A DNA stretch of 63,525 nt, filler included, from Reclinomonas americana ATCC 50394 (taxonomy: Eukaryota): the NCBI GenBank assembly GCA_048213135.1. It is 13 parts of 9 records of this genome, joined end to end, with 100 filler letters (N's around TTAATTAATTAA, not from the genome) between each part and the next. Parts side by side here need not be neighbours in the genome. Positions count along the whole stretch, not along the records: positions 37,155 to 41,192 come from PS015757.1; positions 41,293 to 54,306 come from PS015757.1; 11 more parts are not named here. One strand, given 5' to 3'. The notes below the pieces were generated by a model. It was not told where the DNA came from. It saw only the letters and a list, made by a program, of their open reading frames with translations, and ran no database searches. Each line of letters opens with the position of its first letter. Position 1 is the stretch's first letter. This document shows positions 37,428 to 49,574 of this stretch, piece after piece. Position numbers and translations under genes: made by a program.

Positions 37428-38764
37428 ACGGGCAATGCCGTCGTGGCAGGTTTGTTCTGTTCGCTCTCGTTCTCTCAGTCAATCGCACACTCACCTTGTG
37501 TTGCTTCGGCAGACTCGAGGTCGCCATCAAGGTATGCATCGCTGTCGCCAATGTGCTTCTTCTCCGCGTGTCGCTCACCTTGTTGTGCACGCACTCGCAG
37601 CGAGCGTCGCTGCACCTGGGGTAAACCGTCACCAACCTGCTCACATTGTTCTCAGCACTCACTCTGCATATTCCTCATGGCAGACACCCTGCGGAGAAGA
37701 TCTACGCATTGCGGTGAGAGTTTCTTCCCCTTGCATGCTATTTTTCCATATCTGCTCACTCTGCTTCTGCACAGCATGCTGCGCGAGCTGCGACTCCTGT
37801 CCAGCATTTTCCACCCTAACGTTGCGCCTGCCCCTTCACGCACTCTCCCAATCGCTTGTTCGCACTCACGTCCCTTTGCAGATCATTCGCCTCATCGACA
37901 TCAAACCACCGAGCCCCCGCTTCGAGGACTTTACCGAAGTCTTCATTGTCTCTGAGCTTGTCGATGGCGGCGCTCTCGAGGAGTTGCGTCGTTGTTTGTC
38001 TATCTCCTGTATCGCTGCGCTCAACATTTCCATTGGCAGGTCGATTGGTCCGCACTGCTTTGCCGGCCCCGAAGACGAGGCAAGTGAGTTCAATCGTCGC
38101 AGCATCATGTACGACATTGCGAATGCACTCCTCTTCCTGCGAGACGCCAGCGTTCTCCACCGTGACTTGTTGCGTTTTTCGATTGTCGACTCGGAGAATG
38201 TCTTTGTTCTGACTCTGCCTTCAGGGCACCGAAAAACGTGTTGCTGTTTACGCGCGACGACGGAAGGCTCGGTGCCAAGGTGCGTTTGTGAGCAAGCGAG
38301 CTGCGCTAGATGGGGAGTGTTGACTTTTGCGACGCAGCTGTGCGACTTGGGACTGTCGCGCGTGTTGCTGGCCAGCGGTGGCGGCGACAAGACCATGAAT
38401 GTGCAGTCGCTCACGTATCGTTGCGTCTTTCTGTTGGTTATACTGTGCTGTCAAGCATGCTGATCAGCCAACGACAGGAGCTCCTGAGGTGCTCGCCCGG
38501 ACCTCGTATGATCACCGAGATATGTTAATCACCCTCCCAAACATGTGTGATCGCATCGCTGACTGTTGTGCGTATTCGTTTCCTCGACATACCCGACCTG
38601 TGGAGCTTTGGTGAGTGGTGTACTTCCAGGGTCACAACGTGCTCGTAACCTTCCGCTTTCTCCCACCTCACACTTACACTGTCTGCCTCCCTGTCTCTCA
38701 CTCTCTCTCTTCTCCTCCTTCATTCTCTCTCTCTCTCTCTCTCGCGCGCGCCATCCATCTATCT

Positions 38765-38823
<59 letters not shown>

Positions 38824-39961
38824 CTTGCCCCTCCCTCCCTTCTCCCCTGCCTCTCTCTCTTTCACTCTCTCTCTCTCTCACTCTCTCTCATCTTTCTTTC
38901 TCACTTTCTCTCCTCTCCGTCTCTCTCATTCTCTCTCCCACTCACCACTCTTTCTTCACCAGGTTGCATTCTCGCGCGCATGTACAACACGCACAAGTTG
39001 ACGGTGCGGTGATACGACCTTGCTTGCTCCCTCTCTCTTTTGAATGTCTTGCTCACCCGCGAACTGCATCACAGACTACGCCATCTGGTGCGCACTGGTG
39101 TTGTTGCAAGAGACTCTCTCTGCCAGCGTATTCACATGCAGTCCTTTCTGCAGGCAAGGACATTTTCACGCCCGTGTTCCACAGTCGCAGTGGTGAGTGT
39201 CTTTGAGTGAATTCCCTCTGTCTCTCTTCTGCTTCTCACCTCACTTCGCTTCACAGAGACCGGCCAGCTGCTGGAAATCATGCGCATCATCGGCTTTGAC
39301 GAGCGCACACTGGCGTGGGTCGAGGAGCACGCAGAAGGCAACGAGGCGAACGCCATCAAGAGTTGGTTCCGACGCCAAGTGATGACGCAGCCGGTAGACT
39401 GGTTCACTGTGCTTCCCGGATGCCCACCAGATGGTGCGTTCAGCGGGCGTACTACTCCTGGCATCTTATTGGATGGCTCACACTTCTTTTTCTGCAGTGG
39501 TGGACCTCATCTCCAAGATTCTAAAGGTTGGTCTGCCGTTCCCTCTCCCTTCCCCTCTCCGCTTCCTCCTCATCCGCGCCTCGCAGTTCATCCCCGACGA
39601 CCGCATCACCCTGGAGGAGGTGCTGGCGCACCCGTACTTTGAGCCGATTCGTGCGGTCACTGTCGATGTTGCGTGTGAGGTTTCCGCGATGCTGTGCACG
39701 CAACGCGCTCTCTCTCACGTGGCATTGTTGTTGCAGCAAATCGTGCACCCGCCGCAAAGCATTCAGGAGGATTTCCGTTTCGAGAGCGACATTCGTGCAC
39801 TGAATGCACACGATCTGCGAGGTACGTGTGATGCTGCTGCTGCTGCGTGCGGAAAGCGCAGCACTGTCTGACGTGCGCGACGAAACCCCAAAGTGGCCAT
39901 GTGGGACACTATGCGCAAGTTCCACCCAGAGTTGCCGGATCCGACTCTGGCGAGTCAGTAG
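37428..39961 (+). CDS. Atypical MAPK-like (CMGC) protein kinase, many exons, 5' end missing
   Basis: VAIK, LRELRLL..FHPNII, HRDLAPKNVLL, LCDLGLSR, TYRAPEV, ADLWSFGCIL, DLISKILKFIPDDRITLEEVLAHPYF, FRFE, FHPE. Confidence 0.88.
38520..38592 (+). other. Putative AT-AC intron (73 nt) in the kinase gene
   Basis: Removing ATATGTT...CCTCGACATAC restores YDHRADLWSFG; there is no AG dinucleotide anywhere in the intron. Confidence 0.75.
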
Positions 39962-40104
39962 GTTGTCGGCCGGAGGTGCGAAGGCAGAGCTCCTCGAATC
40001 AAAATGCGATGAAAGGCATGCAGAATATTCATCAGACTCTATTCACTCACTGGGAAGACTCGATAGCATGCACACGATTACAACACGCTGTCAAGATAGA
40101 ACCG

Positions 40105-41080
40105 GCGCGACACAGAGGAGAAGGCGACGCCCTCCTCGCCTCAGGCACCGTGAACAGCGATGTGCGCCCGGTGGCAGGCGCCTCCTCGGCCTCGCCTTAT
40201 TATGGCCACCTCCTAGGTGCGAAAGAAAGAGCAGGAGAAGATAGAGATGGAGTCGATGATGCAGGTGCACATGTGCAGTATCATTTTGCATGCAGTTGCG
40301 CATGAACACCGATATCGGAGTTCCGCCGTTTCTTGCATTCCTCGCCTGCATGACATAGTTTCTCTGCGCCTTTCACAGTAGTTGCTTTGTGACCACAAAT
40401 ACAACCACTTTGCAAATGCCGTTTCCACGCTAGACCATCTTGGCGCGAAGTAAAACCCGAACACAGTCAAAAATGCACGGGAAATACTCCGAAAAACTGG
40501 GGTCATTGTCTTTCTCTTTGCTCACGCAAGCATGGCATACGCGCGACACAGAGGAGAAGGCGACGCCCTCCTCGCCTCAGGCACCGTGAACAGCGATGTG
40601 CGCCCGGTGGCAGGCGCCTCCTCGGCCTCGCCTTATTATGGCCACTTCCTAGGTGCGAAAGAAAGAGCAGGAGAAGATAGAGATGGAGTCGATGATGCAG
40701 GTGCACATGTGCAGTATCATTTTGCACGCGGTTGCGCATGAACACTGATATCGGAGTTCCGCCATTTCTTGCATTTCTCGCCAGCGCGACATAGTTTTTC
40801 TGCGCCTTTCACAGTACCTGCTTCATGACCACAAATACAACCACTTTGCAAATGCCGTTTCCACCCTAGACGGTCTTGGCGTGAAGAAACCCGAACACAG
40901 TCAAAAATGCGCGGGAAATACTCCGAAAAACTGGGGTCATTGTCTCTCTCACACACTTCTCCAGAATGGCATACGCGCGACACGGAGGAGAAGGCGACGC
41001 TCTCCTCGCCTCAGGCACCGTCAATAGCGATGTGGGCCCTGTGGCCGGCGCCTCCTCTTCCGCCTCACCTTATTATGGGC
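40105..41080. repeat. Tandem ~435-bp repeat: two full copies plus a diverged partial third
   Basis: Unit starts GCGCGACAC.GAGGAGAAGGCGACGC at 40105, 40541 and 40975. Confidence 0.85.
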
Positions 41081-41292
41081 ATTCACTGGGCTCGAATGGG
41101 GGTTTTGGTCCTATTGGCGACGGAGGCAGTGGTGTTCTCGACGAGGGCGAGGTGCTTGTTCGCGATCGAAAGGGACTGAACCTCGGCGGAAANNNNNNNN
41201 NNNNNNNNNNNNNNNNNNNNNNNNNNNNNNNNNNNNTTAATTAATTAANNNNNNNNNNNNNNNNNNNNNNNNNNNNNNNNNNNNNNNNNNNN

Positions 41293-41331
<39 letters not shown>

Positions 41332-41602
41332 CCTCTCCGCCTCTCCAGTCTTTCCGTTTTTGCAACCACGGCCGCAGGCCAACGCACGTGCGCGGAGTGA
41401 CAATCAAGTTCTCCTTTTCTCCCTCCGTCTGCACGACTGTTCAGCTCGCGCGATCTCCTCTCTCTCCCCCTCCTATTTCTCCCCAACTCTCTCTCTCTCT
41501 CTTTCCTCTCTCTCCTCTCCCTCCCCCCTCTTTTTCTCCTCCGACTCTCCCTCTGTCTCTCCTTCTCTGCCTCTGACCCGCTCCTTTTCCCCCATCATAC
41601 AG

Positions 41603-43531
41603 GCCACAAACATCAGCGTGCAGCCGATGCCGACGCACGTGACCAGCAACATTTCCCCGGCCTTTTACAACTTCCCCAACTTTTACAGCAAACTCGGCAC
41701 CGCGTTCTCGCGCTACGCTGCCATTGCGCTGCCGTACGCCATTTTGGTACACGTGGGAGGCAAGTCGATACATGCATGTGCTCTGATTGCTTCTGTGCGT
41801 TCCTCACCGCCTGCTGCGCCACCAGGCATGACGGTGTGCGACCTGGCGCAAGACACCAACAAGTACGACACCACGTCGGTGTTGGCCATTGACGCCGTGG
41901 TGACCCTCATCACCTCGATGGCGGGCGGTGTCACGCAGACCACGCCCTACATTGGCCACAACGTGTATCACAAGCGATTCGAGGCCGGCACGCTGTACAC
42001 GTTGGTCACGGGATTGACGATTGGATTGTTTGTTGCGTTGCGGGTTGGAGAGGGGAGAAGGCGGGGTTGTTTCTCTTTTCTCTCTTTCAGCATGCGATTC
42101 TCTTCCTGTGTCAGGGTTTGAACTTTTTTCTGTCACTCTTTCTTCTCATCGCGGTGTCTGGACGTCTCAGCCGCTTTCGCTTGGCATTTTCTCAGTCATG
42201 CTGTGTGCTGGCAGTGTTTGCTTCGCGCTGTCTGTCTCACACACGTCCGCTAGTACAAGCCTGTCGCGAAATCTCGTGTCCAGTTTATCGCTTCTCGCTG
42301 TTATCACCCTTTCTCTGTTTTCCTTCCCTCTGTCGCCTTTCCTCTCTCCTTCTTCCCCTCCTTCCCTGTGCCCATCGCATTTTCACTCCCCCTCTCCGCT
42401 CGCCATCCTCATCCTCTTTTCCCCTCACACTCATCACCCCAGTTCTCATTCCTCCCTCCCCCTTTCCCTCTCTCCGCTTCAACTTCCTCCTTCCCCTTTC
42501 CCCTCTCCCCCTCTCTCTCCCTCTTCCCCCTTCTTCCTTCGCCCTCTCACCCCTTTCCCCCCTTTCCACCTTCCCCCTTTCCCCCTTCCCCCCTTTCCCC
42601 CTTCCCCCTTTCCCCCTTTCCCTGTCTCAACTCACCCACCTCGACCACTTCCCCCTCTCCCCCTCCCTCTTCTCNNNNNNNNNNNNNNNNNNNNTTCCTC
42701 CCTCCTCCCTTCCCCCTTCTCCCTCCTCCCCCTTCCCTCCTCCACCCCCTCCACCCTTCCCCCCTTCCCACCTTCTCCCTTCGCCCTCTCACCCCCCTTC
42801 CCATGTTTATCCGACAGGGTCTCGTCGGCCTGCTCACGCTCTTCTCCAACATCCTCCCGCAACCGGCCATCCTGCCCATCTTCATCTTCGTGGCCGTGGA
42901 AATGGTGCACGACACTATGCACCCGATTGTGCGCCCCGGCCCGCCCCCGCCGAGCCGGACCGGTTCGCTGGCACACGGCTCGGGCAAGCGCACCGGTCGC
43001 AACTGGTATGCGCGCATCACGCGCAAGTGCCGCGTGTTCGACTGGTTCGACGAGACGCCGATGAAGCCGTGCCACACCCCGGCCGTGGTCATGGCCATGT
43101 TCCCGATTGTGGCGCAGCTGATTGTGATCATCATCGGCCAGCTGGTCAACGGCGCACTGCTCAACAGCGTCACCCATCCCGAGATCATTCGGAAAGCGTA
43201 TCCGGGCGTATTCGGCGATGCCGAGCTGGAGCTGTGCTCGCTCTACATTCAGCTGGCGCACGGATTCATTCTCACTGGCCTGCTGTGGGGCTCGGTGGTC
43301 GGGCACGTCATTGACGACCGCATGGTGCCGGCCTCGATGACGCTCTTTGTAGCCGGCCTCCTCTCCCTGTTCGGCATCATTCACTCGACACGCGCCGACG
43401 GCGGTGTGTACATGCCGTGGCACGAGCCGGGCGTGCTGCCGTACCAGTGGATGGCTGGCTACTGCTCCCTCGGACTCGTCACGCTGCTGATGAAGTTCCT
43501 CAAGACCGAGCCGTGCTCGCAGGAGGACTGA
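41603..43531 (+). CDS. NCS2/AzgA-like nucleobase permease, C-terminal part
   Basis: Multiple TM segments; YDT..VLAID..T...GGVTQTTPYIGH..Y, LAHGFILTGLLWG, LSLFGIIHS; one probable GC-AG intron at 41760-41825. Confidence 0.75.
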
Positions 43532-43584
43532 GCAACAAAAGTAGAACAGAATTGTGCGAGATGATTATGCCTGCAGCTATTTAA

Positions 43585-45756
43585 TTAAAATCGACTGCCA
43601 TCGTAGGCCAAGGGAGGTGGTGACGGTGGCGGTGGTGGTTGATTATGTGGGGATTGTGCGGCGGTCGCGGTGCCGCCGCTCGCGGTACTATACATGGACG
43701 GTTGTGGGGCCTGCGCGCGTGTGGAAAACGACGGTCCGGCGTGGGGCGACGAGCGCGAGGATGACGAGTGCGCCAGGAGGCCGGCATGGGAGGCCTGAAG
43801 CACCATCTGCTCGTCCTCGCTGGACAGGCGCTTGCAGATGTCGGTCTGCTGGAACCGACGGAATGAGTCCACGCGCTGCGAAGAGTTTCTTCTTGTGAGG
43901 AGAAGGGCGAGGGAGAAGAACAAAAGGCATGCCCGATCCAACCATAATGTGGACAATGTGCACAAGGGCGCGATCGAAAATAGAGGGGAACGGGTCGCCC
44001 TCCGACAGCGGCACGTCACGAGTCGATCGACGCGTGGTGGAGGCCGCCAGCACGTGGAAGGGCACCGAATACTCTTCTGGAGGTTCGCAGCTGATCCACC
44101 ACTCGCTGAGTGGGTCTTCGGCAGCCGACAGGAGCACATGCTGCGAGGGGTATACAGTGAGCGAACAGGGAAAGAGGGTGGTAATGACGACGACGGAGGC
44201 AGCAAATACCTGTGAGATGTCGTGCGGGAGGTTGAGTTCTTGCTCCGCGCCCTCCACGAAAAACGTCTCCACGATGGACTCGGCGAGGAGGCGCACAGAG
44301 AGAACGTCCGGGTCGAGCGAGGAGGCGCTGGAGGAGCGGGCCAACGAGGTGGTGGTCGCGGCACGGCTGGCCACCTGCTTGAATTCGGTGACGGCGTCCA
44401 CAAACACCATGTTTTCCACACTGCGGTGGTGGGGTGAGAAGAGGGGGAAGGGGGAAGAGGAAAGGAAGACGGAAGGGGAGAGCGAAGTGGGNNNNNNNNN
44501 NNNNNNNNNNNNNNNNNNNNNNNNNNNNNNNNNNNNNNNNNNNNNNNNNNNNNNNNNNNNNNNNNNNNNNNNNNNNNNNNNNNNNNNNNNNNNNNNNNNN
44601 NNNNNNNNNNNNNNNNNNNNNNNNNNNNNNNNNNNNNNNNNNNNNNNNNNNNNNNNNNNNNNNNNNNNNNNNNNNNNNNNNNNNNNNNAGAGCGAAGGGG
44701 GACGGGTGAGGGGGAAGGAGAGGGGGAAGGAGAGGGGGCTGGGAGGTGAAGGAGGACGGTGGAAAGAAGAAGAGAAGGGAAGTGGGAAGACGGAAGGGGG
44801 AAGACGGAAGGGGGAAGACGGAAGGGGGAAGACGGATGGGCGGAAGACAGAAGGGGGGCGAGCACAGGGGGGCGAGCTAAGGGGGGCAAGCTAAGGGGGA
44901 GAGCAAAGGGGGAAGACGGAAGGGGGGATGGCGGAAGAATGGAGACAGAGAGGTGGGGACGATAAGGAAGGAGAGTGAAAAGGACGGTGATCAGCGAGTA
45001 CGCAACTTGAACTCCCTGACGAGATGCTCACGGAACGCCGCACGAATTCGTGGTCTCGACATCTGCATCGACAGTGAGCCCATGCGTTGTCTTGCTTGCC
45101 AATGCGCCCGGACGTAACGACGAATGAGAACGACTCGACATTGCCGATCTCGGCGGCGGTGGCCAGCGTCTGCAATGACTGTCGATTGCGCCATGCTTCG
45201 AGCACTGAAAAGTACATTGGCACGAGCAGGGAGCCCTGGATGAAAGCAAAATCGAGCAACTCCTGTGCAGCGCGTGTAAGGGTGGCATGCGAAGGAGGAG
45301 AGCATCGAGAAGGGAACACAACTGCAGCGAACTCAATTTTGGGGAGCAGGTGATTGGCGGAGAGCATAATGATAGCGGTGAGTGGAACCGCCGTCAGCGC
45401 TGACATGACGGCCATCGCAACCAACTCGCGCGTCACTGCGCGTGTCACAAAATCGATGAGAACCGAGAGGACAAGAAACGTAGTCAAGGCCCCATTTCTC
45501 CGTCGCTCCTCTCACTTTCTCACTCGCTCCTCAGTGTGTACCTCACTTCTCACCTCCTCTCTCCCGTCGCTCTCCAACCCCCCTCTCTCTCTCTTCCCTG
45601 TGTAATTCTCACTTCTTTTCTATCTCTCTATTGTAATATTTGCCTTTCCTTGGACCCTTTTCTCTTCCCCACTCACTCTCTTTGTCTGTCTCTCTCAATG
45701 CACACTTTCCTCAGTTCGTACCTCACTTCTTCCGTCACTCTCCTCCTTTCCTCCCT

Positions 45757-45815
<59 letters not shown>

Positions 45816-46013
45816 CTCTACTCTACTCCTCTCTCTCTCTCTCGTCTCTCGTCTCGTCTCTCTCTCTNNNNNNNNNNNNNNNNNNNNNNNNNNNNNNNNN
45901 NTTCCCTTCCCTCCTACTACTCCTTCTTCTTCGTCTCTCTCTACTATCGCACTACTTCCTCTCGTACGTCCTACCTACTTCCTTCCTCCTCCTCCTCCTT
46001 CCTTCCTCCCTCC

Positions 46014-46044
<31 letters not shown>

Positions 46045-48903
46045 ACCTTGCCTCTCTGATTCCCACCTCAGATCTTCACCTCCTGTCCCTCTGCTCTCTG
46101 TCTCTCGTGTACCCTTCCTCTCTCTCTCTTTCTCTCCCTCGCAGTTCTTTCTTTCCTTATTCCCTTCCCCCCGCCTTTGCCTCTCTCTCTCTTCTCCTCT
46201 CCCCTCCCACCCTCACCATTGAACGCGTCGTGCACGTTCCTCAGCCAAATACCAATGGCAATGTACGTCAGGGCGGCCACCCAAATAAAGGCATTGGTGG
46301 CGCGGTGCCAGTTGAGCAGCGTCACCGTGCACAGGCACACTGCATCGGTGACCGGCACATTGTTGCTCGGCACGTATCGGTCGTACGGAATGGTAAAGAG
46401 ACCGCCGGCACCGACGCCCACGATCCACGCCACAAACAGCACGACAGCGGCGATGCCGGTGCCGATGAGCATGCGCCGCTGGGACCAGCGGTGAGCAGAG
46501 AGCACGCCGGTGGGCATGTTGCTGCGCGTGGTGGCTCGCGACCGCGGAGTCAGCAGGAGCGGAGCGTTGTTGGCGCCATTGGCCGCGGACGCGACGGAAA
46601 GTTTCTTCGAGGAGGAAGAGGAGGCAGAGATTTTGCGCAGTGTTGAGCCCTGGTTGACCAGCTTGGCACGGTTTTGCGAGCGATTGAACTGCCGGGCAGG
46701 GGTGAGGCGGAATCTTGGATAAAGATAGAACACTCTCCCAGGACGCAACAATCACTCCGAGTCGCAAGGCGCGCAAAATGGGGCTCAGCAGCACGAGGGG
46801 GATGAAAATTGTGTCCTCTGCCAGCAGGAGGCCTGTGGCAGAAGGCGGGTGAGAAAGAGAGGCCCCATCGGAGTTTTACCGGATTTGACAAAACGCACCA
46901 CATGGAACGTGGAGAGGGCCGGCAATCGAGCTGAGCCTGGACGGAGAGAAGGGAGGGATGAGAGAAAGGAGGGAAATAAGGGAAAGGGGCGAGGGATCTT
47001 CGGCTTCCTCTCTCTCTCTCTCTTCCTCTATCTCTCTGTGTGTACGTATTTCGGGTGTCTATCTGTCTGTCTGCGTGTGTGTTTTGCGTGTCTGCGTGTC
47101 TGTCAGTCTGTTTCCTTTGCCCCAGCATCGCAAGTCGCCAGTCCGCAACCCGTGCTCACGCTCTCTTGAACTGTGAATCTCGCGTTGTTGTGTCTCAGGC
47201 GCTTGAATTCTGTCGAATAAACCTCTCCTATCCTCCCCTTCTCCCACCCTCGCACTCACCACACATTATCCACTAAAATGATGCTGACCATGGTGGCCAG
47301 CAGCACATGCGAGCGCGCTCGCATGTAATCGCGCCTCCGGTGCTGCAGAATGAGCTGCAAGAGCAAGAGAGAAAGCCAGTGAGAAGAGGAATGAAGACGA
47401 GAGCGAGAGTTTGAATGATGTGGAGTGCACGGCCAAGGAGAATGCATGGACTTGCGTCAGCAAGGGTGCGAACCCCCGCAATCCGCAAAATTGAATGTGC
47501 CGAGAAAGCAGTAAGAGAAGAACACAGCCACAGCTGTGGCTGATAAAAAACAATACAGAGTAAGAAGAAGGAGAGGGCGGGTGCTACGGAGGACAGGAAT
47601 GCAAAGGTGCGTGCAATGGCATGCAATGGCGTCACCGAGAGAATGCACAGTCTCTGTCCACAGGCACCAAAGGAGAAGCAGAGGGGAAGGGAATACAGCG
47701 GTTCGTGCAAGGGAATTTGAGTGAAGAACGCAGGCAACGGTGTCATAGAGAATACGCGAAGCCTATGTCCGCAAGCACCAAAGGAGAAGTAGAGGGAGAG
47801 GGCGAATGCCACGATGAGAACGGCAGAGAAAATCCTAGGACAGGAGAGCGAAGATGCGTGCTATGGAGCTAACCACAGAGAAGAGCGCTCACAAGTCTGA
47901 GAGCATGCTGTCCGCACGCACAAAGTAGAGAAGCAAACGGAGAGGGCGAATGCCACGATGAGCATGACTGAGAACGACACCGAACCTCAACATGAAGACA
48001 GGAAAGCGCTATGGAGGGAACCAGAGAAAAGAGCGACTGAGAGCTCGCACAACCTCTGCCCGCACGCACACCAACGGAGAGCGTCACGGAGAGCGGAGGA
48101 AAAGAATGACAGAAGAACAGGAAAAAGAATGTGCGTGCGGTGGAGAGCAGCGGAGAGAAGACCTCACGGATCCCACAAGAGAAGAAGCTCGAGTATTTGG
48201 AAGAGAGGCAGTGGGGAGGAGACCTCACTGAGCCCACGAGAGAAGACACTCGAGTATTTGGAAGAGAGGCAGCGGAGAGAAGACCTCACTGAGCCCACGA
48301 GAGAACAAGCTCGAGTGTTTGGAGGACAGGCAGTGGGGAGGAGAACGCAGTGACAACCTTGACTGAGAGGCGGAAGGAGAAATGAATGGAGGATGCAATC
48401 ACTCACCCCTCTCTCTCTGTGCACTCTCTACCTTGCGTGCACGACACAAGAAAATGAGCAGAAAGAGAGAGAAAGTGGCGACAAAAGAAGAACAAATACA
48501 GTCCTGTCTGAGAACACACAAAACCCTCTGTCCGCGCTCTATGCATTTCGCACACGAAGAACAAGAAGAGGAAGAGTAAGAAGAGAGAGAGAGAGCAAGT
48601 GAACGCCTAAGAAGGATTCACACAGAGTACACAAAACATCAATGTTATAAGTGCATGCATGGTATCAATCAATCACTTTCTCTTTCTCTTTCACTCACCC
48701 ACAGAAACAGCGCAGCCATCACTGCAAACACGGCATACATTGCCGCAAAGAACCCGCGTCGCCCTGTGTGTGTGCACACACAAACAGACAGACACGAGTG
48801 AGAGAGAGACAGTGAGAGAGTGAGAGAGAGAGAGTCAGACGCAACAGAGGAGAACATCGCTGCTGATGGCATCGTCAAAGAGGGTTTGACAGTCAAGAGT
48901 CAT
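43585..48903 (-). CDS. Multi-TM (7TM-like) protein fused to an RGS domain
   Basis: Several hydrophobic exons; RGS motifs FREHLVREFNVENMVF, IVETFFVEGAEQELNL, FDRAL. Confidence 0.8.
47560..48350. repeat. Intronic minisatellites in the 7TM-RGS gene
   Basis: ~60-bp unit CTCGAGTATTTGGAAGAGAGGCAG..GAGAAGACCTCACTGAGCCCACGAGAG x3, plus longer degenerate units. Confidence 0.65.
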
Positions 48904-49574
48904 GCACTCACGCGCGCGCACCAAGCAAAGTCGTTCTCAGCGCGCACACAGACACAGTCAAAAAAACACTGTCAAACGAGTGCGCACAGTCAGACGGAGA
49001 GAATCTCTGAATATTCGACATCGACATTGAGTTTTAAAACGAGTGTACTCTGCGCTGTGCTTCTATATCTACTTGCCTTTCTGTTCGCGTGATCGTAGAG
49101 CTCGAGATCTCTGGCGATCAGAGTGCAAATTTCTTTAAAGATCGATATCGGTGTCGTGGCTCGAGCTTGAGTTCATATGCATCGCTGCGACTCTGCAGCA
49201 AGCTTGCACAAGGCACTGTTTCTACGCACTCACCTTGCTATCTGTCCTACATGTCGTCTTCATGTGCAGCCTCTAAAACTCGATCTGATAGCGCAACTTC
49301 GCAGTCGACGAGCTTCACTTCGAATCCATGATGCCTCTCAGCTCTGCTGGATCTCTTTGTTCGTTGCACATGCTATCGGCGCAGGCGGCTTCGTTTCTGC
49401 TGAGTTCTTCAGCTGCGAAGTCGAATTCACCATAACTTCAAGCATTAACCGTTGGCAACTCTGCAGCAAGCATGTGCCGGCAAGTGCGCCCCTTGCCAGT
49501 CATCTGCGGCGAAACACAATGCACAGCGGCAGTGCTTCCCGCCAGTGTCCTGTCTCGGAATAATTACACCGACC

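Noticed and set aside
41760..41825. GC-AG intron in the permease gene
   Set aside because: G|GCAAGT is an ordinary minor donor variant; not novel.
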